Of a stretch of 64,000 bases of DNA, positions 56,413-64,000 are shown in pieces. This DNA comes from a virus (taxonomy: Duplodnaviria; Caudoviricetes): positions 1 to 64,000 of the IMG/VR virus record IMGVR_UViG_3300047160_003616; one strand, 5' to 3'. Within the stretch, counting starts at the first letter, position 1; the number at the start of each line of letters is the position of its first letter. The notes under the pieces were generated by a model. It was not told where the DNA came from and made no database searches. It saw nothing but the letters and a program-made list of their open reading frames with translations. Both the position numbers and the translations under genes were made by a program.

Positions 56413-56757
56413 TTAGTCGCCGTAGAGGTCGCGGATGACCTTGTTCAGCCCGCCCGGATTGGCCAGGGCGGCCTCAGCGACCTTTTTGGCCGCCGCGGCC
56501 AGGGCCGCGGCCACGGACTCGACGCCCTCCATGTCGGAGAACAGCTGCCACTCCTGGGCGGTGGCCGGGATGGCCTTGAAGGTGAAGTTGCCCCGGTGGT
56601 CGCGGATGTCGTAGAGCATCTGGCCGAAGTTGGCGCGGGGCTCGGTGTCGCACGCCCCGAACTCGGAGAACTCCTCGGTGACGGCGAAGAACTCGTCTAC
56701 GACTGCACGCACGGAGGGGCGGTTGAAGGGGATGACGTTATTGGGGGTCTTTTTCAT
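56413..56757 (-). CDS. Hypothetical protein
   Basis: Start motif and promoter motif upstream. Confidence 0.7.
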   Translation of the reverse strand: MKKTPNNVIPFNRPSVRAVVDEFFAVTEEFSEFGACDTEPRANFGQMLYDIRDHRGNFTFKAIPATAQEWQLFSDMEGVESVAAALAAAAKKVAEAALANPGGLNKVIRDLYGD

Positions 56758-57428
56758 GGTGGTCTCGATTCCTGGTTGGTGTCGTACCTACTATGTAACA
56801 ACCTATAGCGAAATTATATTCCAGGCTTCCCGTGGTGTCTCTAGCTGCTGATTCTTTTCTTACCACGGGGTACCGACAGATCCTGAGAGTGGTCTGGGGG
56901 CCTCTTCCGGCGGGGGAGGGAAGGGAGCAGAACTGTCCCTGTAAAGGAGGGACAGCTGCTGCGACTTCCGTTTGGGGTATGGGACCTACACGGGGGACCA
57001 GACCGGCCCAGGATCAATTCTGGCGGTATCTGTCAACGAGGTTTGGCTACCTCATCCCCACTTGACTGCTTGTAGGCGGTCACAGCCTGTCGGGCTACGG
57101 GTATTACTCGCTTGCCCCAGGACCGGGAGAGCCATGAAGGACTCCATCAGATCTTCTGTTGCACGCCCGGGTCTGCCTTGATCGTGCTGTCTGATGGAAC
57201 GGGAAGAAGGTCGTCCCTCTAACGGACTACGCCATCTGCTTGTGGGGCAGAGACCCATTGTTTTAAGATGCGGGTAGACATCTTGCCAGAGATGCTGCTT
57301 TGAGATTCCCCCGGTTCTGATCCGCCGGGGGTTTCTGTTTGTAGGAGGAACGGTAATCCTCCGAATCACACTGGTGCAACCAGCAATTCGTCAACGCTAG
57401 ATGTGGGGCCCCCGGAGGGGGCCCACCC

Positions 57429-58010
57429 CTAGATCTTGTTTCTCCCTTCGATGTGATGGCGCAGCTGCTCGGCCTGCATACGCTGAGCACGCTCCCACGG
57501 GTCCTCCGGGGGAGGCATTCGCTCCTCCGCGGAGACCACCCGTAGCTGCGGCTTGTCGTGGCCCATCACCATGACGTAGGTGGTGTCGGGCCGGAACAAC
57601 AGGTTGCCCCGCAAGTACCCGGCACCGGCCTCGGCGGACTCGATTCCATGCCGGATCAAGTAGGCGTGGGTGAGATGGCGGGTCCTGGTCGGGTGGGTCT
57701 GCTCATGGGCGGGCAGCTCGATCCAGATCACCTCGTGATCCCGATGGGCCTCATCGCAGCGCCGCCGCACTGAGTCGGGCACCTTCTGAGCAAGGAATGA
57801 ACTTCCTCTGCGGCCCACGTCCTGCCACTCACGGGCGGTCATCCAGATGATGGGGCCACGGTCGCGCTCCCTGCGCTCCCAGACCACCCGCAAGGCGGCC
57901 CGAATGGCACGTGCCTCCTCCGCGGCGGCTCGGGCCCCGTCTTCCTCGGAGGCCGATCCCTCCCCGTGGGTGTGCGAGCGGATGAAGTCGTCGTCAGGCG
58001 GCTGAGTCAT
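57429..58010 (-). CDS. Hypothetical protein
   Basis: 193 aa; ATGA overlap with the helicase. Confidence 0.6.
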   Translation of the reverse strand: MTQPPDDDFIRSHTHGEGSASEEDGARAAAEEARAIRAALRVVWERRERDRGPIIWMTAREWQDVGRRGSSFLAQKVPDSVRRRCDEAHRDHEVIWIELPAHEQTHPTRTRHLTHAYLIRHGIESAEAGAGYLRGNLLFRPDTTYVMVMGHDKPQLRVVSAEERMPPPEDPWERAQRMQAEQLRHHIEGRNKI

Positions 58011-59860
58011 AGCAATCGGTTTCCGAAAATCAACCAGGGAATGTTGTCCTGCTCAGACCGTAGCGCCCGCTCCCGACGATCCCCGTAGCTCAGCAGCTCC
58101 TCGGTGCCCTGAGTGACAGCGGAGATCACCCGGCGGTCCTGCTGGATATTCCAGACGCGCTCCTCCACCGAGTCTTCTGTCACAAATACATAGTTTGTCA
58201 AACCATCCAGATGGCTGTCGGCCCGGTCGATCCGGGAGGCCCGTTGCATGGCGTCATCGAAGGAATATGGCGGCTCATACTGTACGACGTAGCGGGCGCA
58301 CTGCAGGTTGAGCCCATGGCTCCCGGCATCGGAGGTCAGGAAACAGGTCACGTCCGGGTCGGTCATGAACCGCTCCTTGGCGGCCTGGCTGTCCCTATCG
58401 GACTGACCCACGCCATAGTGCACCACGTGTGGCACCTCGATGTGCGGGGCGATCAGATGCAGGGTCAGGTTGGTCCACTTGGTGAAGACGGCCACCTTGT
58501 CGCCGGATTCCCGGATGGATTCCAGCATCTCGTTGAGCTTGGTCAGCTTGGTCGAGGAGGCGTCGGCGATCAGATGCCCATAGTCGGCCAACAGTTCCTG
58601 GCCCACCTCGTGCTCGGTGTGGCGCAGCGCCTCGGGGGTGTTGCACAGGTAGCGCAGTAGGGCGTAATAGGGCCCCAGGTTCACGCTGCGGCCCCGATTG
58701 TCGCACCAGAGGTTCCAGGCCTTGTCGATGATGATGTCGGCCAGCTCGGCCTCCTCATCGGACGGCTGCACCGGCTCCTTGAGGGTCGCCATGCCGCGGA
58801 AGAACTCGCGCACCCCGGGATCGGTTTTGCGCACCGCCTGGGTGTAGCCCTCCACCCGGTGGCGGATCTCGGTCAGGGCGGGCAGGTCCCACTCGATGAC
58901 GGTGAGCGGAAAGGACCGATGGTTTTTGGTCTCGATGTCCAGCGTCTTGACCTCCGCCGCGTAGCGGCGGAGAAACTCTCGGGTGGTGTCCAGCGGGTTG
59001 GGCCCGCCCGCCAGGCTGAACACGTCCTTGAAGCGCAATGGGTTACCATTGACCACCGACGCGCTCATCGGCCAGACGATGGGCCGACAGATCTTGGTGA
59101 GGCGCTCAAAGGCCCGCCGCGCCTTGTTGGGCAGACTGTTGTTGATGCCGCTGCACACGATGCGGTGACACTCGTCAAAGACGAACAGCACCCGCAGCCC
59201 GTGACAGAGCAGTTCCAGCTCGGCGTAGTCCACCCAGAGCTTCTCGTAGTTGCAGATGTAGGCCTGGTGCTCGGCCGCATAGCCCTTGCGCCGTTTGGCC
59301 TTGGTGCCGTCGTTGATTATTGCGTCCAGCTTGGCGTCGTCGGCGAAGAACCGGCACAGGTCAATCTTGGACTTGGAGACCGTGCAGGCGATCACCAGGT
59401 CGATGCGGTCTTGTTCAAACAGATGGGCCGCTCCCGCGGCCGAGCAGAAACTCTTGCCTGATCCTGTCGCCCAATTGAAAAAGAAATACTCAGATTCCAG
59501 GGCACGATTGAGTGCGAATTGTTGGAACCGATGTAGGTCATATCCCTCGACTTTTAAAGGCAACTGCCAGCGCATCATATTAACGAGAATTTCTTCACAG
59601 GATGGACCAAAGACTGGCTCATAACCGTCTTTACATAATTGATCAATGAAAGAGGGTAAATTGAATAATTCCATCAGCACCAGGTGATGCGAGATCCACT
59701 GATGGTAGTGGTTGAAAAAGTCCTGGCGATCCTGCGGCTGGAACAGCAAAGTGCCAGGGTAGTCGGGACTCTCTTCTACAACAATAAGTTTGTCGAGGTC
59801 GATCTCGCCACGTTCTACCTGGCCCACCAATGAGGTGAGGTCATCAGTGATTGCGTACAT
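58007..59860 (-). CDS. SNF2-like superfamily 2 helicase
   Basis: ATGSGKS, FDECHR, SAS, KVAVFT, GSHGLNLQ, QRASRIDR. Confidence 0.9.
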   Translation of the reverse strand: MYAITDDLTSLVGQVERGEIDLDKLIVVEESPDYPGTLLFQPQDRQDFFNHYHQWISHHLVLMELFNLPSFIDQLCKDGYEPVFGPSCEEILVNMMRWQLPLKVEGYDLHRFQQFALNRALESEYFFFNWATGSGKSFCSAAGAAHLFEQDRIDLVIACTVSKSKIDLCRFFADDAKLDAIINDGTKAKRRKGYAAEHQAYICNYEKLWVDYAELELLCHGLRVLFVFDECHRIVCSGINNSLPNKARRAFERLTKICRPIVWPMSASVVNGNPLRFKDVFSLAGGPNPLDTTREFLRRYAAEVKTLDIETKNHRSFPLTVIEWDLPALTEIRHRVEGYTQAVRKTDPGVREFFRGMATLKEPVQPSDEEAELADIIIDKAWNLWCDNRGRSVNLGPYYALLRYLCNTPEALRHTEHEVGQELLADYGHLIADASSTKLTKLNEMLESIRESGDKVAVFTKWTNLTLHLIAPHIEVPHVVHYGVGQSDRDSQAAKERFMTDPDVTCFLTSDAGSHGLNLQCARYVVQYEPPYSFDDAMQRASRIDRADSHLDGLTNYVFVTEDSVEERVWNIQQDRRVISAVTQGTEELLSYGDRRERALRSEQDNIPWLIFGNRLL

Positions 59861-60359
59861 CACACACCCAGTCAATAGGATTCCCGGCTAAGCCACGCCG
59901 GAAATTGCAGAGCCAACAGGCGGGGACTAAATTCTCTGGATCATTGTTAAGTCTATCTCCATCCAGATGGTCGACATGGATGCCGTCGTTTTGTCCTTCG
60001 CCCCATGTCAATAGCGTGCCGCATTGCCAGTGACACAGATGTAGCCCCGTGCCGATCTTGTCGTAGAGCACAGCTCGGTGTTCACCAAGCTGATGATTGT
60101 CTTGAGCCAGTGGATGCTCCTGTTGGCCGGTCAGAATGCGATATCCTGCGCCGTCGATGAAGAACCCAGTGGCCAGTTGGTTGTCCTTGAGTCGCTTACC
60201 CCGGCGGACCTGTGACATCTGCTCTAGCACCTCGGGTGATCTAACATACCGTCCACTATTCCCCTGTCGATGACCACCGTCCGGGTCGGCCCACTTTGCT
60301 CTCAGCGCAGCCGACATTCGGGCCCGGTATTCGGGGGTGCGCTCATAGCTTCCGGCCAT
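59844..60359 (-). CDS. HNH homing endonuclease with NUMOD3-like N-terminus
   Basis: EHRAVLYDKIG...VDHLDGDRLNNDPENLVPACWLCN; paralog of 37312. Confidence 0.88.
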   Translation of the reverse strand: MAGSYERTPEYRARMSAALRAKWADPDGGHRQGNSGRYVRSPEVLEQMSQVRRGKRLKDNQLATGFFIDGAGYRILTGQQEHPLAQDNHQLGEHRAVLYDKIGTGLHLCHWQCGTLLTWGEGQNDGIHVDHLDGDRLNNDPENLVPACWLCNFRRGLAGNPIDWVCDVRNH

Positions 60360-60374
60360 GTGGAAAATACTACA

Positions 60375-60394
60375 GGGGCCCCCGCAGGGGGCCC
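60375..60394. terminator. GC hairpin downstream of the tRNA-like element
   Basis: GGGCCCCC-GCA-GGGGGCCC; no clear U-tract. Confidence 0.4.
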
Positions 60395-60396
60395 AG

Positions 60397-60463
60397 CGCC
60401 GCGCCCCGGTAACGATCCGGGCTGGTTGAGGGTTAGGGCCTCACCTGTCCCACGACTCGCGGC
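60397..60463 (-). tRNA. Compact tRNA-like element with CUA anticodon (Pyl-like architecture)
   Basis: Acceptor GCCGCGA/GCGCGGC, D arm GTC-GTGG-GAC, anticodon arm TGAGG-CC CTA AC-CCTCA, T arm CCCGG-ATCGTTA-CCGGG; no encoded CCA, and C at position 33. Confidence 0.45.
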
Positions 60464-60522
60464 TGATGGGGGCGGGAGGGTTCGGGCCTCCTGACGGGTA
60501 CAAGTACCCCGCCCCCGGGTCT

Positions 60523-60888
60523 TTATGCCATGGCGAACTCCTTGAGGGCCAAGGGATAACCGGCACACATCCGCTTGGCGAACAGGCTGGGTTCTAACGC
60601 GATGGCGGTGGCCTGATCGCCGATGTCGGGTTCGATGACCAGATGGTGCTTGAGACCCAGCGAGAAGGCCAGTGAGTCGAGCACCATCAACGCGGCCTCG
60701 TCGGGCACGCCGAGGATCACCACGTTGTTGGAGTCGTGGTGCCAGCGCTGAATGAGACCGGGGAATTTCAGGGTGAACTCGATACCTGCGTGCAGCGCCT
60801 GGGCCATGGCCAGACCTGGAGACAGATCAGCCCGAACAGCCACATATAGCTTGTCCGGGCCGGGGGTGACGGGATGTTCTACCTACAT
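60523..60888 (-). CDS. Pth2-like peptidyl-tRNA hydrolase; in-frame TAG at codon 2 if translated from ATG 60888
   Basis: KLYVAVRADLSPGLAMAQALHA...VVILGVPDE...EPDIGDQATAIALEP; the family motif extends upstream of the GTG called in the track. Confidence 0.8.
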
Positions 60889-60908
60889 GCGGCTCAGCCT
60901 ACATTAGA

Positions 60909-60943
60909 ACCGCCCTCGGCGGAATCGAATCACCGAGGGCGGT
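60909..60943 (-). other. 13-bp helix capped by a T-loop (TTCGATT) upstream of pth2
   Basis: ACCGCCCTCGGTG-A TTCGATT C-CGCCGAGGGCGGT. Confidence 0.55.
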
Positions 60944-61007
60944 CTATGGCGGGATTGGCTATTACCTACGCCCCAACCAGGAGAGCGGCAAATGTCCCTA
61001 CCGCCTT

Positions 61008-61202
61008 CTAGCTTATCTCGGGGCATTCGCGTTTGTGAACGATGGCGTCACTCATAGCCACGAACAGCGGTGCGGGGGCCAGCCCACCCTCCCCGCACCG
61101 CGGGCAGGTCCAGTAATAGTGCCCGTTGCGGGCCGCGGCGTGCGGCTTGCCGTCGGCGATCCAGCGGGCGTTGAGCTGCTGTAGGGCCTCGGTCTCGCTC
61201 AT
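61008..61202 (-). CDS. Small zinc-binding protein
   Basis: ATGA overlap; CPRC...H..EC. Confidence 0.6.
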   Translation of the reverse strand: MSETEALQQLNARWIADGKPHAAARNGHYYWTCPRCGEGGLAPAPLFVAMSDAIVHKRECPEIS

Positions 61203-61510
61203 AGCTTCTTCCCCCGATGCCGCCCGGTGTCGAAGTCCCACAGCTCGATCACCACGGCCAGCTTTCGCTCCAAGCTGGTGCGCTCGCCGTCCTTCCACTG
61301 GTAGCCCAGCTTGTCGGCCAGCGCGTCCAGCTCGTCGCTGATGATCTCGCCTATCGACTTGGCCACCAGCAGCCCGGCCAGCTGCTTGACTTCGGTGTCG
61401 GAGGGCTTTGGCTCCCCGGTGCCCTCCATGACGGTGATCAGCGCCTTGATCACCTTGAGGTGATCCTGGGGGTCCAGCTGTATGCCCTTGGTGATGGGGC
61501 CCTCGATCAT
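61199..61510 (-). CDS. Hypothetical protein
   Basis: ATGA overlap at MIEGPIT. Confidence 0.6.
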   Translation of the reverse strand: MIEGPITKGIQLDPQDHLKVIKALITVMEGTGEPKPSDTEVKQLAGLLVAKSIGEIISDELDALADKLGYQWKDGERTSLERKLAVVIELWDFDTGRHRGKKL

Positions 61511-61854
61511 GAGCCGAACTCCTCGTCCACCCGCGGCGCATACCAGGCCCACTCCCGCTTCCAGGTGGGGCCCTTGGCCTTGAGCATGTCCCTGATGGCG
61601 TCGAGGATGTAGAGCTGCTTGCGGGTGCTCGCTCCCTCGGTGCGGATGGCCACTTCCAGGTCATTCAGCCCCAGCCCCAGCTGGCGCTCGCGTTCCTTCA
61701 GCTCGGCGCGCTTGTCCATCACCGCGGCCCCACCCTCGATCTCGACCAGGGCCTGCACGGCGTGATCACACAGCGCCAGGGCCTGGTCCCGGGTGAGGAA
61801 CTCGCCCGCCTTGACCTGCTTGCGCAGCAGCAAGACCTTGTCCCGGGTCATCAT
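61507..61854 (-). CDS. Hypothetical coiled-coil protein
   Basis: ATGA overlap at MMTRDK. Confidence 0.6.
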   Translation of the reverse strand: MMTRDKVLLLRKQVKAGEFLTRDQALALCDHAVQALVEIEGGAAVMDKRAELKERERQLGLGLNDLEVAIRTEGASTRKQLYILDAIRDMLKAKGPTWKREWAWYAPRVDEEFGS

Positions 61855-62201
61855 GTGCGCACCACCGAGGCCTGGTTCACCCGCTCGATCAGCCGGATGT
61901 AGGCGTTGAGAATATCCATGACCTTGTCGTCCCACTCGTTCTCGTCTACGACGCCGCCGACCTCCACGGTCTTGCGCAGCTCCACCAGCTCCTTGATGGA
62001 GAAGCCGCCGTCATTGAAGTCGGCCACGTCGGCATCCACCAGCCGGGCCAGGGATCGCTTCATGGACAGCGCGGCGTCGTGGGAGAGCAGCACCTTGACG
62101 GTGTGGATGCCCTCGCTGACCTGCAGCTGTGCCCCCCGGCCCCCGGGGCCGGGGTTGAGCTGGTAGCCATTGTCGGCACTGATCTCGGTGGTAATTCTCA
62201 T
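61851..62201 (-). CDS. Hypothetical protein
   Basis: ATGA overlap; GGAAGGA RBS. Confidence 0.65.
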   Translation of the reverse strand: MRITTEISADNGYQLNPGPGGRGAQLQVSEGIHTVKVLLSHDAALSMKRSLARLVDADVADFNDGGFSIKELVELRKTVEVGGVVDENEWDDKVMDILNAYIRLIERVNQASVVRT

Positions 62202-62890
62202 GGCGTGTCCTTCCGTAGTGTCTCCACCACGATGTCCAGGTAGTTGGCGATGCCGTCCAGCTCGATGGCGATCCGGGTTTGTTCCTCCACGATCTGGGCC
62301 AGCCAGGCGCTGGTCTTGGCCAAGTCGGGAGACAGCGCGTCCCCCACCAGCGCCAGCTCCTTCTCGATGTCGCGGACCAGCGCGGCCAGCGCCAGCCGCA
62401 CACCGCGGTCATTGGCGTGGTAGCGCACCGACTTGTAGACGCGCTCCAACCGGTCGGCCACGCCCCCGGAGGGGGCGACCTTGTAGGCCGCTTCCGCCTC
62501 GGTGGAGAGCCGGGACTCCTCGGCCTGCGCGGTGACGGCGTCGACAATGAACTTGTCGGCCCCCGGACTGTTGCGCACGATGATGCGGGCCCCGGACTTG
62601 GCCAGGGTGGCCACATCGGTCTGGTAGTAGCGGGTGCGCACCCCGCCGTTGTAGTGCACCCGGGCCGAGCCGTCCTTGCCCTCGTCGGGCACCTCGTCCA
62701 CCGGCACCAGGTAGCACAGCGGCCAGGACTCCTTGCGCGAGCCCACCTTGGCCACTCGCCATACGGTGTCGGATAAGGCCTCGCCCTCGGGGAAGACGAT
62801 GATGGAATTGCGACTCGGCCAGCCCTCGCCGCTGTAGCGGTTCTTGGAGACCGGGATGCTCCGCATCCCAGGCGGCAACGTGATGGTCAT
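62198..62890 (-). CDS. Hypothetical protein (230 aa)
   Basis: GAGGAG RBS; ATGA overlaps. Confidence 0.7.
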   Translation of the reverse strand: MTITLPPGMRSIPVSKNRYSGEGWPSRNSIIVFPEGEALSDTVWRVAKVGSRKESWPLCYLVPVDEVPDEGKDGSARVHYNGGVRTRYYQTDVATLAKSGARIIVRNSPGADKFIVDAVTAQAEESRLSTEAEAAYKVAPSGGVADRLERVYKSVRYHANDRGVRLALAALVRDIEKELALVGDALSPDLAKTSAWLAQIVEEQTRIAIELDGIANYLDIVVETLRKDTP

Positions 62891-63120
62891 CGTGACTCCT
62901 CTCGGTCCAGCTTGCGGAGAAACCAGTCCCAGCCCTCGTCGCCGTGGGTGGGCCGGTCACAGCCGTTCCAGATCTCGTGCTCGCGCTCCCACTTGTGGGG
63001 CTTCTCAAAGAAGTACAGGGCGTCCTGAATATCATTCAGGTGCCCGGCGTCGGTCAGAACATGGGCGAACGCCAGCACCTCGGTGCTGTCATTGACCCAG
63101 ACCCCAAAGGTAGTGCTCAT
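62887..63120 (-). CDS. Hypothetical protein
   Basis: Perfect start motif and promoter motif upstream. Confidence 0.7.
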   Translation of the reverse strand: MSTTFGVWVNDSTEVLAFAHVLTDAGHLNDIQDALYFFEKPHKWEREHEIWNGCDRPTHGDEGWDWFLRKLDREESR

Positions 63121-63176
63121 TCGATTCCTCCTGGTTGTGTGTACAGACTAACCTATAGCGTTAGTGAAATGTTCCC

Positions 63177-63377
63177 TTAGCCGTCGTCGCCGACATGGGT
63201 GCGGGCCGCGGCCTTGGCCGCGGCGATGTTGGGGTATTCGCCCAGGCACTCCTGACGTTCCCGCGACCAGTACCACAGCTCCACTCCGCCCTTGGAGAGG
63301 TGAAAGATCTGGTAGGAGGCCCCGCTCCCCAGCGGGGCCTCGTCCCGCTCGTTCCAGACCAGCTCGGGGATGCTCAT
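63177..63377 (-). CDS. Hypothetical protein
   Basis: ATGA overlap at MSIPEL. Confidence 0.6.
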   Translation of the reverse strand: MSIPELVWNERDEAPLGSGASYQIFHLSKGGVELWYWSRERQECLGEYPNIAAAKAAARTHVGDDG

Positions 63378-63589
63378 TGCGGGCCCCTGTGGTGGCCGTC
63401 CAGCTGCGCGGTGAGCCGGTCCAGCTCGTCCTGCAGCTCCTCCCAGGTCTCGTATTTGACGATCACCGCGGCGGGCTTGCCCGCCTTCTGGATGACCACG
63501 ATGTCGTCGTCCTCGATGGCCTTGCTCATCATCTCGGTAAGCGCCTTCTCGGCGAGCTTGTTGGCCTCGTCGGTCAGTCTGTCGGTCAT
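63374..63589 (-). CDS. Phd/YefM-family antitoxin-like protein
   Basis: EMMSKAIEDDDIVVIQKAGKPAAVIVKYETWEEL matches the Phd pattern. Confidence 0.75.
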   Translation of the reverse strand: MTDRLTDEANKLAEKALTEMMSKAIEDDDIVVIQKAGKPAAVIVKYETWEELQDELDRLTAQLDGHHRGPQ

Positions 63590-63996
63590 AGCTTGTTCCC
63601 TCGGTGTTGGGTGTCGGTGAACTCGTCCAGCACGATCTCGCCGGGCAGTGGCGTGGAGCGCCCGTCGCCGACCTTGAGCCCGGCCAAAAAGCCGTCCACC
63701 CAGCCCGATGCCATGTTGGCCACCGCGTCGGTCTTATTGGCCGGGGTGCCCAGGGCACCGATCAGCCGGGCCCCGCGCTGGTTGGCCATGTAGATCACCG
63801 AGTCGGCGTCCATCTGGGCCAGGTCGAATACGTCACGGATGGTCTTGCCCGAGTCGATGTAGCCGTCATTGGACTTCACCGCCTCCGAGAGCGCCCAGAA
63901 GTGCGGGTGGTTGGGCCGGTCAGGGAAGTCGGGGTCTACCGGCTTAGGTTCTAGCTGGGCCAGCTCCTCGGGGCTCATGCGCAAGATCTCGGCCAT
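63586..63996 (-). CDS. Hypothetical protein
   Basis: 136 aa; paralog of 51023-51382 (shared ...GFL.G motif). Confidence 0.65.
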   Translation of the reverse strand: MAEILRMSPEELAQLEPKPVDPDFPDRPNHPHFWALSEAVKSNDGYIDSGKTIRDVFDLAQMDADSVIYMANQRGARLIGALGTPANKTDAVANMASGWVDGFLAGLKVGDGRSTPLPGEIVLDEFTDTQHRGNKL

Positions 63997-64000
63997 GTTG

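Noticed and set aside
60974-61046. Plus-strand CAACCAGGAG followed by a 21-codon ORF
   Set aside because: The ORF is very short, overlaps a minus-strand gene and has poor codon bias; insufficient support.
2-64000. Long plus-strand ORFs (e.g. 1097-2131, 2250-3464, 3894-5225, 43807-44907, 46649-47764)
   Set aside because: They are antisense shadows of minus-strand genes caused by GC3 bias, with no RBS or recognisable motifs.
2-64000. Genome-wide amber recoding
   Set aside because: Many genes end normally in TAG, and only pth2 showed a suspicious in-frame TAG.

Overview
This is a 64-kb, GC-rich segment of a large tailed actinobacteriophage. A Mycobacterium-infecting phage resembling the large cluster C/AA types is likely, but that is inference from gene content and a DUF732-like gene. 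Nearly all real genes lie on the minus strand, and most long plus-strand ORFs in the track are antisense shadows. In coordinate order it holds a truncated gene with two HipA/PI4K-like kinase domains, a 1168-aa tail-fibre-like protein, and about 25 kb of small accessory genes (HAD phosphatase, GH16 hydrolase, T5orf172, papain-like peptidase). A replication/recombination block follows (RusA, Cas4-like nuclease, RecA, DnaE, gp32-like SSB, primase, DnaB), then more accessory genes, an SNF2 helicase, a Pth2-like hydrolase and a Phd/YefM-like gene; three free-standing HNH genes are scattered from 33 to 60 kb. The main finding is at 29.3-31.2 kb: a promoter drives a minimal Cas7/RAMP-fold gene and a winged-helix partner, followed by six non-coding units of (NN-GGY)n pentamers, each ending in GGCAGGGGYTTTA, and a terminator. 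This looks like a CRISPR-less RNA-guided system in which the variable dinucleotides spell a gapped target. The second finding is a pth2 gene with an in-frame amber at codon 2 next to a Pyl-like CUA-anticodon tRNA fold. All calls were made by eye, with no searches or folding programs run.
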